Made by a program: the position numbers and the translations under genes
The notes under the pieces: model-generated
What the model was told of the DNA's origin: nothing
Databases searched by the model: none
The model's input: only the letters and a program-made list of their open reading frames with translations
From: Salibacteraceae bacterium
Lineage (GTDB): Bacteria; Bacteroidota; Bacteroidia; Flavobacteriales_G; Salibacteraceae
Assembly: GCA_018401875.1 (NCBI GenBank)
Contig: JAGYJZ010000008.1
Location: 67,090-131,089, forward strand
DNA length: 64,000 bases
Direction of reading: 5' to 3'
Shown: one piece after another, positions 15,391 through 23,725 of the stretch
Layout: each line of letters starts with the position of its first letter
Position numbering within the stretch: position 1 is the first letter of the stretch

Positions 15391-17963
15391 ATGCACAGCG
15401 GTTTTTCAGAGTCACTATATCATCCAAAACACATTATGTTTATTGGTTTATTGATTCTAAACTGCATGAACACAGTTCGGGCTCAACAAGTTTTTGACCG
15501 GTGGTGTTTTTCTTACAACATGGGCATTGACTTTACGTCTTCAGGCGCAGTATTTAACCCCGGAAACAATATAGCAGCACCTGAAGGATGCATAAGTGTC
15601 TGCGATGACACCGGAAATCTTTTGTTGTATGCCAGCCCCACAACGGTGTGGGACAGTGCACACAACGTAATGCCCAATGGCGACAGCCTGGACGGACATA
15701 TATCCGCAAAACTCGGTGTGTTTTCAGCACCCGTTCCTGGGAGCCCACAAAGGCACTATGTGTTTACGAACGATGCTGTTGAAACTTATCCCTTCGAAAT
15801 GGAAACCCGCTATTCCATCGTAAACATGACGCTCAATGGTGGACTCGGGGATGTGGAGTCAGGAAGCAAAAACACACTGCTATTTGATTATGATCCTCAT
15901 GTGTCTGAAGTAATTACGGGATGTGCTATCGCGGGTCAAACCGAAGGCTATTGGTTGTTTTTGAGAAAGGCAAACGAAATACACGTTTATAAAATCACCT
16001 CAGCAGGGATCAACAGCCATACCTCGTATCAAGCGAATTTGATAATTGCAGTTTCGCACCTAATTGGGCTTCCGGGAAGCGGCAGATACTTTTATATGGA
16101 TGGTATTAAGCATCTAGATTCCATGCCTTGGAGAGGCATAATGCTTGCAAAGTTTGATCCCGTAAATGGTACGTTCAGTGATGAATTGTTCATCCCAATT
16201 ACCAATAATTTAAGCAATGGTGCGGTTGTGTTTGCAGAAACTAGCCCAAACGAACGATACGTATACCTAAGTCATTTCGTATTTGCAGAAAACAATACCT
16301 ATGTACTAAGTTTAGACTTGGAAACTTGGGATCAAGACAGTATTATTCATTCCATCGATACTGTTGGGGTTTTGCATAACAATCGATTATTTGAGTTCAA
16401 ATTAGGCATCAACGATACTATTTACATCAATCGTGATTTGGATTCAAACCTGGCCTTGGCCACCATCGGAAATCCAGATCAAATAAATGGGCCTGCCGTA
16501 TTTGAGCCTGCAGCTTTTCCAGTGCAGTTAAACGCTTTGAGCCAGCATGGCCAAGGCCTACCAAACAAGCTCAACTACGGCAAACCCGACTTTGAAGCGC
16601 GCTATACCTGCCTTGGTGACAGCACATGGTTTGTGTTTTTTGGATTGGCAGATTCTCTAAAATGGAATTTCAATGACCCCAACGCGGGAATGTTGAATTT
16701 TTCCACGCTTGAAAATCCATATTTCTTATTCTCCCAGCCAGACGCATTCGCTGTTGAGTTAATCGCGTATTACAAAAACAACATCGATACCATCTCGCAC
16801 GAAGTAATCATCACAGACACTCTTCCTGATCAGATTTTTGAGTCGCGAGACGGCTTTTTGTGCGGAACTAATGACTCGATTAAATTTGACTTCAGCACAC
16901 TAAATCCAACAATGGTGCTTTGGAGTGATAGTGTAAACACAATAAATAGATCCATCACCGACACAGGGGTATTCTCCGTAGTTATTGCAAACGAATGTGA
17001 CACATTGCGAGATACGCTGGTTGTGCGTTTCGCCACTGAACCGAGCATCACTCTAACTGACACCACTTTGTGTGAGGGTTCGCAACTGATTTTAGAAATG
17101 GGCGATTCCACAGGTAATAACCTCTGGTCTACAGGTGACACCAACGCCTCTATTATCATCGATACTTCGCTTTCGCCCGATTTAAGTCCATTGGAAATTT
17201 GGCTGACAGCCAGCAACGCCTGCGGCACTGTAAGCGATACGATGACCGTAAGTTTTTTACCGATGCCGATAGCTGACCTTCCGCGTGATTCGGTGCACTG
17301 CCTTGAAGCGGCTTTTTACATTTCTCACAGCAATACACAAAACGTGAATTATTGGTGGAACGACAGCACTTCGGATGAGCAAATCTTGATCAACACTACT
17401 GCAACAGTATGGCTAATCGCTGAAAATGAATGCGGAATGGACGCTGATACATTCAGTGTAAACTTTTATCCTGAAATAAAATCAGAACTCGGAGAAGATA
17501 CTTTGGTCTGTATTAGTGAAAGCGTATTGCTTGACGCGTCATGGCCGGGAGCAAACTTCGTGTGGAGCACCGGAAATACGGACGACTCCATCACCGTATC
17601 TGAATCTGATACGTACATCGTCACCATCAGCAGTCCGCCATGCCAGAAAGTAGTATCGCGCACCGTGTCATTCACTGAAGAAGCTTGTAACGAATCGGGA
17701 TGCAAGTTTTCGATTCCCAACGTTTTTTCTCCCAACGCAGATAGGTCCAACGTGCCCATCATATCTTCACCGAACATTTAAATTTCACGGTGTTCATCTA
17801 TAACCGCTGGGGTCAATTGGTATTCAGTCAACAAAACAGCTCATCCGGAGCTTCTTGGGACGGAACCATCAATGGAGAAGCTGCAACAGAAGGCACTTAC
17901 TTTGTGGTAGCTATGCACAGCGAAGAAAAAACGCAACGCGCTGCGGTGAGTTTGGTTAGATAA
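15391..17963 (+). pseudogene. Paralog of the T9SS type-B protein with its C-terminal sorting domain disrupted (7-nt net deletion and a scrambled patch)
   Basis: The ORF stops at 17781 (..FSPNADRSNVPIISSPNI*). The rest of the sorting domain (EHLNFTVFIYNRWGQLVFSQQ...AAVSLVR*) continues in another frame over 17772-17963. Sequence on either side of the 30-nt patch (17742-17771) is 97-100% identical to copy 1. Confidence 0.6.
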
Positions 17964-17981
17964 AATGAGGATAAACGTCAC

Positions 17982-17997
17982 TGCAACCAAAGTCACA
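17982..17997. promoter_or_regulatory. CRP/FNR-type box TGCAA-N6-TCACA upstream of the TauE gene
   Basis: Imperfect palindrome about 35 nt upstream of the ATG at 18032. Similar boxes lie at 18851 and 23345. Confidence 0.3.
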
Positions 17998-18031
17998 GTT
18001 CCATCTCAAATGAAAGTTCACCTTTGCACGC

Positions 18032-18832
18032 ATGATTGAAATAGCAGGATATATAAGTGCCGTGATCATTGGCATTTCACTCGGGTTAATTGGCGGTGGT
18101 GGTTCCATTCTCACTGTGCCCGTTTTGGTGTATTTATTAGGCACTTCACCCATTATGGCCACGGCCTATTCGCTTTTTATCGTTGGTGGTTCGAGCCTGA
18201 TTGGGGTGATTGACTACGCACGAAAAAAACTCGTTGATTACAAAACCGCCTTGGCCTTTGGGTTGCCCAGCTTAGTAGCTGTTTTCCTCACACGAAAATT
18301 CTTGGTTCCTGCCATTCCCAACGAATTGTTTAGCCTTGGTGCGTTCACCATGACCAAAGGCATGTTTCTAATGGTGCTGTTTGCCCTTTTGATGCTGTTT
18401 GCCTCTATCGGCATGATCAAGAAGAAAAAGAACAAAGTTGACCATAAACCCAAAACACTAGAACCTTGGCAAACGATGCTCATCGTTTTGACGGAAGGGT
18501 TTATCGTGGGCACACTCACAGGACTTGTAGGTGCTGGCGGTGGTTTTTTAATCATCCCGGCTTTGGTGCTTTTTGCTGGACTTGAAATGAAGAAAGCCAT
18601 CGGCACTTCATTGCTCATCATCGCTGTGAAATCACTGGTAGGGTTTCTAGGTGATGTTTCAAACTACGCCATCGATTGGAACTTTTTATTGGTCTTCACC
18701 GCACTGGCTGTGGTAGGCATTTTCATTGGCAGTTTCTTGTCGACCAAAATTGACGGTCAAAAATTAAAAGTGGGCTTTGGCTGGTTTGTGTTAGTGATGG
18801 GTGCGTTCATCCTGCTCAAAGAATTGTTCTGA
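18032..18832 (+). CDS. Sulfite exporter TauE/SafE family membrane protein
   Basis: 266 aa and polytopic. It has the duplicated G-rich motif (LGLIGGGGSILTVP / GLVGAGGGFLIIP) typical of TauE/DUF81. Confidence 0.85.
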   Translation: MIEIAGYISAVIIGISLGLIGGGGSILTVPVLVYLLGTSPIMATAYSLFIVGGSSLIGVIDYARKKLVDYKTALAFGLPSLVAVFLTRKFLVPAIPNELFSLGAFTMTKGMFLMVLFALLMLFASIGMIKKKKNKVDHKPKTLEPWQTMLIVLTEGFIVGTLTGLVGAGGGFLIIPALVLFAGLEMKKAIGTSLLIIAVKSLVGFLGDVSNYAIDWNFLLVFTALAVVGIFIGSFLSTKIDGQKLKVGFGWFVLVMGAFILLKELF

Positions 18833-18850
18833 CCATTATCAGGTTTACAG

Positions 18851-18866
18851 TGTAACACAAGTCACT
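18851..18866. promoter_or_regulatory. CRP/FNR-type box TGTAA-N6-TCACT, inside the larger inverted repeat TACAGTG-N10-CACTGTA at 18846-18869
   Basis: Lies 59 nt upstream of the ATG at 18925. Confidence 0.35.
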
Positions 18867-18924
18867 GTATAGCTGGGCGCATCTGTTAACCTTTGTTGCT
18901 GTTAAATTATAAAACCAGTAACAC

Positions 18925-20337
18925 ATGCAAATAGAACAGATCTATACGGGATGTTTGGCCGAAGCGGCTTATTACATCGAATCGAATGGCGAAGCGGCTA
19001 TTGTAGATCCACTGAGAGAAGTGGAGCCTTACATTGAAATGGCAGAAAAGCGCGGAGCCAAAATCAAATACGTTCTCGAAACGCACTTTCATGCTGATTT
19101 TGTTTCCGGTCATTTGGACCTCGCGAAGAAGACCGGAGCCAAAATTGTGTATGGACCAACAGCCGTTGCGAATTTCGATGCTTACGTAGCTGAAGATGGC
19201 GAAGAGCTTGCGCTCGGAAACATTAAAATCAAAGTCTTACACACGCCCGGCCACACGATGGAGTCGTCCACGTTTTTAGTGCTGGATGAAAACAACAAAC
19301 CACACAGTATTTACTCGGGCGACACGCTTTTTATTGGTGACGTTGGTCGACCTGACTTGGCCGTAAAAACTGACTTGACCCAAGAAGATTTGGCTGGACA
19401 CTTGTTCGAATCGTTGCGCAACAAGATTATGCCCTTGCCGAATGACGTAATCGTATATCCAGGTCATGGACAAGGCAGCGCGTGCGGTAAAAACATGAGC
19501 AGCGAAACCTTTGATACGCTCGGAAACCAAAAAGCTACAAACTATGCGTTGAGGCCCGATATGACCAAAGAAGAATTCATCAAAGAGGTGACTACAGGTT
19601 TAGTTGCTCCACCACAGTATTTTCCAAAAAATGCCGTGATGAACAAGATGGGTTACAGCAGCTTTGACGATGTCATGAGCCAAGGACTCAACTACCTTGA
19701 CGTGGCAGATTTCAAAGCCCAAATGAAAAAAGAAGGCACCGTGATCATTGACACGCGGCACCACTCTCAATTTACAGCAGGATTCATTCCTCAATCCATA
19801 TTCATTGGCATCGATGACAATTTCGCGCCATGGATGGGTGTGTTGATCGAAGATTTAGAAGCACCCATTTTGATGATTGCCGATGAAGGACGCGAAGAAG
19901 AAGTGATTACACGTATGGCACGCGTTGGCTACGACAATCCCGTTGGATTCTTAAAAGGTGGCATCGAAGCTTGGGTGGCTGATGGCAATGCGTTGGATAG
20001 CATTAACAACTACGATCCAGCGGCATTCATTGAGGCATACAAAACACAAAATTTAGAAGTATTGGACGTAAGAAAGCAAAGCGAGTTTGAATCACAGCAT
20101 TTAGAAGGTGCAGAGAATTTTCCGCTCGACTTTATCTACAAAAACTTAAGTCAACTAAATAAAGACCAGGCATATACCGTGCATTGTGCGGGCGGATACC
20201 GGTCTGTGGCTGCTGCTTCCATCATGAAAAAATATGGTGTTAAGGATGTGTCGAACGTGTTGGGAGGATTCAATGCAATGAAGGTTTTAGACAACGCACC
20301 AGTGAGTGCATTTCAAGAGCAAACAACCATGTTATAA
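18925..20337 (+). CDS. MBL-fold persulfide dioxygenase-like protein fused to two rhodanese domains
   Basis: It has ETHFHADFVSGH (HxHxDH) and HTPGHT metallo-beta-lactamase motifs. The C-terminal rhodanese active site is HCAGGYRS. Confidence 0.85.
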   Translation: MQIEQIYTGCLAEAAYYIESNGEAAIVDPLREVEPYIEMAEKRGAKIKYVLETHFHADFVSGHLDLAKKTGAKIVYGPTAVANFDAYVAEDGEELALGNIKIKVLHTPGHTMESSTFLVLDENNKPHSIYSGDTLFIGDVGRPDLAVKTDLTQEDLAGHLFESLRNKIMPLPNDVIVYPGHGQGSACGKNMSSETFDTLGNQKATNYALRPDMTKEEFIKEVTTGLVAPPQYFPKNAVMNKMGYSSFDDVMSQGLNYLDVADFKAQMKKEGTVIIDTRHHSQFTAGFIPQSIFIGIDDNFAPWMGVLIEDLEAPILMIADEGREEEVITRMARVGYDNPVGFLKGGIEAWVADGNALDSINNYDPAAFIEAYKTQNLEVLDVRKQSEFESQHLEGAENFPLDFIYKNLSQLNKDQAYTVHCAGGYRSVAAASIMKKYGVKDVSNVLGGFNAMKVLDNAPVSAFQEQTTML

Positions 20338-20397
20338 CCATTGGTGGTTTAAGGTTTGATTGGTGTAGACTCCGCTTGGTAGGCGGAGTGGTTGGAA

Positions 20398-20428
20398 CCG
20401 AGGCGATCATATCGTCTCGGTTTTTTTT
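20398..20428 (+). terminator. Rho-independent terminator after the MBL-rhodanese gene
   Basis: Hairpin ccgaggcgat/atcgtctcgg (one G-U pair) followed by T8. A second hairpin, ctccgc..gcggag, lies at 20371-20389. Confidence 0.6.
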
Positions 20429-20517
20429 ATTTAAGACAAGATCAGCCCAGAAATACCAAACCGATGAGCAAGGTTAGAATTGTAGCAGCAACTTGATAAA
20501 AATTAAGTCTCTTAACT

Positions 20518-21426
20518 TCAGTTCTTGACAATTCTTACCACATGTGCCTTTCCTGTATGATTGAGATGAAGAAAGTAAATCCCCTGGCTCAAATGAGAGA
20601 CATCAAAAAAACCAGCTGCGGGCGAATCCAGTTGTATTGACTTGCCGTGAACATCTAACAGTTTATCAATTTGAATCGCAGTATTCTGAGCAAAGTTTAG
20701 CTGAAACTTGTCTTCAATAGGGTTAGGGAAAATGATCAATTCTGGTCTATTTGAGGTCATCTCTTCAACTTGAAGTGGATAAACAAAAATTGATTCGTTT
20801 GAAACAGTGGGCATGAAGCAATTCATTGAATCATAGACTACAACAGCATAACTTGACTTGGTAGAGCCGTATTGACAAAAAATACGAGGCTTAGCGCTAC
20901 TTGCAGGATCAATAAAATCAGTGCTATCTGTCCACTGCCACTTCACCAAGGGGTAGCTCGAAGATGCCACGGGAGTGATTTTAATGGTATCTCCATGTTC
21001 AGCGTAAACGTGGACACTTCCCAGATGTATAAAAAATGTGGAATGTGTAAACTTCATAGAATCCATGGCCACCATTCCGTTGCTATCGGTCACCTCAAGA
21101 TACAATTTCACACTACCGTTCAGCTCATTTGATTCAATCGCACTTACAATGAAAGGATTGGCAGACGCGGTGTCATCCAATATATCACCGGCCCAATAGT
21201 TATGGATTACAGATACCACAGGTTCATTTATAAACCATCTATATGTATAAGGAGGAGTGCCACCTGTAACAGTGGGCAAACCTCCGACCGAAAGATAAAC
21301 GGAGTCATAGGTCACGCCATATGGACAAAAATGTTTGTCTTCGCCAGCATCAACATGCAGAGGCCCTTGTGCCCAAGAAAATGTATTGAAGAACAATACT
21401 CCAGCGATGAAAAGCAATTTCTTCAT
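20518..21426 (-). CDS. Secreted protein with a T9SS type A (Por) C-terminal sorting domain
   Basis: Signal peptide ..FSWAQ. The C-terminus is IIFPNPIEDKFQLNF...DVSHLSQGIYFLHLNHTGKAHVVRIVKN. The N-terminal module (DAGEDKHFC...GGTPPYTYRW) is shared with 22327-23256. Confidence 0.7.
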   Translation of the reverse strand: MKKLLFIAGVLFFNTFSWAQGPLHVDAGEDKHFCPYGVTYDSVYLSVGGLPTVTGGTPPYTYRWFINEPVVSVIHNYWAGDILDDTASANPFIVSAIESNELNGSVKLYLEVTDSNGMVAMDSMKFTHSTFFIHLGSVHVYAEHGDTIKITPVASSSYPLVKWQWTDSTDFIDPASSAKPRIFCQYGSTKSSYAVVVYDSMNCFMPTVSNESIFVYPLQVEEMTSNRPELIIFPNPIEDKFQLNFAQNTAIQIDKLLDVHGKSIQLDSPAAGFFDVSHLSQGIYFLHLNHTGKAHVVRIVKN

Positions 21427-21586
21427 AGAATTTCGGCTTTAGTTTTTTCGGTGATAATCCACGCACAAGATAATATATAATAACGACAACCTCCTTACTC
21501 ATAACAGATTGACATTCCTACAAAACAATTTATAGCTGAATGTGATATCATCTTCTACGAAAAAAATCTCAACTAAATTTAACATA

Positions 21587-21602
21587 GTAACTTTTAAGTT
21601 AC
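21587..21602. promoter_or_regulatory. Inverted repeat GTAACTT-tt-AAGTTAC, 10 nt upstream of the toxin start (candidate antitoxin operator)
   Basis: 7-bp perfect arms. The position is typical of TA autoregulation sites. Confidence 0.4.
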
Positions 21603-21611
21603 CTTTACAGA

Positions 21612-21959
21612 GTGGTACTCAAAGTCAGAACTGTAATTGCTTACAAACACTACTTTGAAGAATTTTTACTTGCTCAACCTAATAAGGTGCAGGACAAAAT
21701 TTTCAAAGTGATTGAAATTATAGAAACGTATGAAAGAATCCCTAGCACGTATCTCAAGTCTATAAAAGGAGCTGATGGACTTTATGAAGCACGAATAAAA
21801 CTGGGATCAGATATTTGGAGGGTTTTCTGCTTTTTTCATAGAGGGAAGTTAGTGATTTTGTTGAACGGATTTGTAAAGAAATCACAGAAAACTCCTAAAA
21901 AAGAAATAGACAAAGCACTTAGGTTAATGACTGAATATTATGCCACTAAAAACGAGTGA
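21612..21959 (+). CDS. Type II toxin, RelE/ParE superfamily (HigB / phage Gp49-like)
   Basis: 115 aa with a GTG start. YKHYFEEFLLAQPNKVQDKIFKVIEIIE...GLYEARIKLGSDIWRVFCFF..GKLVILLNGFVKKSQKTPKKEI matches the Gp49/DUF891 pattern. The toxin-first gene order is the HigBA arrangement. Confidence 0.8.
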   Translation: MVLKVRTVIAYKHYFEEFLLAQPNKVQDKIFKVIEIIETYERIPSTYLKSIKGADGLYEARIKLGSDIWRVFCFFHRGKLVILLNGFVKKSQKTPKKEIDKALRLMTEYYATKNE

Positions 21960-21960
21960 G

Positions 21961-22251
21961 ATGGACACAAAAACATGGACGGAAATAAAAGACACTGTTT
22001 ACGGTAAAAAAGGAACCACACGAAGAGACGAGCTTGAACTTGACTTTGAATCGTTTAAGATAGGTCTGTTATTGCGAAAAGCCCGAGAAGATAAAAACTT
22101 GACACAAGAACAACTCGGAATGCTCGTCAATAAGAAAAGAACCTACATCTCAAGGATTGAAAATGATGGGAGCAACATGACCTTAAAAACTCTATACGAC
22201 ATTGTGGAAAAAGGTCTTGGTGGGAAAGTTAAAATATTGATTGAAGTGTAA
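21961..22251 (+). CDS. XRE-family HTH antitoxin (HigA-like)
   Basis: The ATG lies 1 nt after the toxin stop codon. The HTH region is LRKAREDKNLTQEQLGMLVNKKRTYISRIENDGSNMTLKTL. Confidence 0.8.
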   Translation: MDTKTWTEIKDTVYGKKGTTRRDELELDFESFKIGLLLRKAREDKNLTQEQLGMLVNKKRTYISRIENDGSNMTLKTLYDIVEKGLGGKVKILIEV

Positions 22252-22326
22252 AAGTATTTGACCACGTTTAGTCATTTAATTTTAAGAGTACTCCTTTGAA
22301 AAGTAAATGCCGTATTAATTAACAAA

Positions 22327-23256
22327 TCATCGAAGGATCTGAAACTTAAACGCTTCTTTTTCGCCAGAAACATATTTTACGCGTGCCACAAAAAAACCAT
22401 GCTCCTTTATCTCAATTTCACATGACGATGAGTTGACTGCTAACCTTTCCCGCAGCATCCTTCCGTGCATGTCAAAAATCCTAGTTGATTCAATGTTCTC
22501 TCTTCCTGTAATAGAAAGAGTGCTTCCATTGATGGCCCATGTTGATTTTTCTTTTCCATAACGATCCATCACACTTAACGGCTCGATAATAAACCCTTCA
22601 TAGGTGCCGATAGATCCAGTGCATCCAAGAGAATCAGTAACGGCTAACCCATTCCAATACGGTGATGGTCCGTCTTGCACAATCACTTGCCTCGATGGAA
22701 GATAAACCTCAGGGTAGACATTATAATCATAACGCTCTCCGATCAAGTTTGGAGAATCGCCCCAGTCGAATGTGTATGGTGGAAACCCTCCTGCAAATCC
22801 TTGTGGTGATATTGTTTGGGTATCGCCCGGATACGTATAAATCATCGCATTGCCATCCAACGTTGTCCAACTCACATACCAAAACTGAACTGAATCTATG
22901 GCAAGTCCATTAGAGTCATCGCTTAGAGTTAATATAAAGATAATCGGCCCTCTTTCATTTGAAGGGAGAGTTCTGATTAAAAAAGGATTTGAATCTGTTG
23001 AATCAGATAAAAAATCTGAGGCATAATACATCAAATTAGGTGCACTTGGAAATGGCACATATGGTTTTGGATAAATATCCCACGTATATATGAAGTTGCC
23101 ATTTCCTCCGATAGCAGAAGGAGAGCCACCAATGATGAATGAATCAGGCACCACTGAGCAGAAAATACTGTCGTTTCCTGCATCTGCCACCAATGGCTCT
23201 TGTGCCCAAGAAACCACACATATCGATATAAACGCACTAAATAGCAGTTTTTTCAT
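22327..23256 (-). CDS. Secreted protein, paralog of 20518-21426, with a T9SS type-A-like C-terminal domain
   Basis: Signal peptide ..VSWAQ and N-terminal module DAGNDSIFC...GGNGNFIYTW. The C-terminal ~75 aa form a beta-rich tail (..IFDMHGRML...GFFVARVKY...FKFQILR) that is less canonical than in the paralog. Confidence 0.6.
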   Translation of the reverse strand: MKKLLFSAFISICVVSWAQEPLVADAGNDSIFCSVVPDSFIIGGSPSAIGGNGNFIYTWDIYPKPYVPFPSAPNLMYYASDFLSDSTDSNPFLIRTLPSNERGPIIFILTLSDDSNGLAIDSVQFWYVSWTTLDGNAMIYTYPGDTQTISPQGFAGGFPPYTFDWGDSPNLIGERYDYNVYPEVYLPSRQVIVQDGPSPYWNGLAVTDSLGCTGSIGTYEGFIIEPLSVMDRYGKEKSTWAINGSTLSITGRENIESTRIFDMHGRMLRERLAVNSSSCEIEIKEHGFFVARVKYVSGEKEAFKFQILR

Positions 23257-23344
23257 TGAATCCGAAGTCAGGTAATGTGTATGCTTTCCAAATTTAATGA
23301 TTCATTCGGCTGAAAACTACTTTTCACCCCGAATGACCATTCTC

Positions 23345-23360
23345 TGTGACAAGAGTTACT
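23345..23360. promoter_or_regulatory. CRP/FNR-type box TGTGA-N6-TTACT upstream of the thioredoxin operon
   Basis: Lies 51 nt upstream of the ATG at 23411. Confidence 0.3.
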
Positions 23361-23410
23361 GCGCTGCCGAATCCACATGCCTTCCTTTGTACCAGAAAAA
23401 AACAAAGCCA

Positions 23411-23725
23411 ATGGAAACCACAGAAAAGAGAGAAACATTCAGCGAAATCGTCAATTCGGGCAAAACCGTGTTGGTCGATTTCTTTGCCGAATGGTGTGGG
23501 CCATGCAAAATGATGTAGCCCATACTCAAAGAGTTGAGCTCCATGATCGGTGACGATGTGCGCATCATAAAAATTGACGTTGACAAAAACCCTATGGCAT
23601 CAAGTACGTTTCAAATACGTGGCGTGCCCACACTCATGATCTTTAAAAATGGAGAAATCAAATGGAGGCAATCGGGCGTGTTGCGAGCCGACCAACTGAA
23701 GCAAATCTTAGATGGCATAGCATAA
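23411..23725 (+). pseudogene. trxA: Thioredoxin interrupted by one in-frame TAG (23516-23518)
   Basis: Reads [60 protein letters not shown]...[13 protein letters not shown].... It is colinear with E. coli TrxA (WCGPCKMIAPIL), and the stop codon occupies a single residue position. Both halves are in the same frame. Confidence 0.75.

Larger units (their letters stand above)
14895..17963 (+). repeat. Tandem duplication unit 2
   Basis: See unit 1. Confidence 0.85.

Noticed and set aside
11805-17963. A diversity-generating retroelement or invertase-driven phase-variation system acting on the paralogous surface proteins.
   Set aside because: There is no reverse transcriptase, no template/variable-repeat pair with adenine-specific differences, no site-specific recombinase, and no flanking inverted repeats around the promoters. 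Differences between the copies are spread over all base types.
20338-23410. A mobile genetic element (integrative islet) with defined ends.
   Set aside because: I could find no integrase or transposase, no tRNA target and no direct or inverted terminal repeats in the two flanks. It is reported only as an accessory block of unknown origin.
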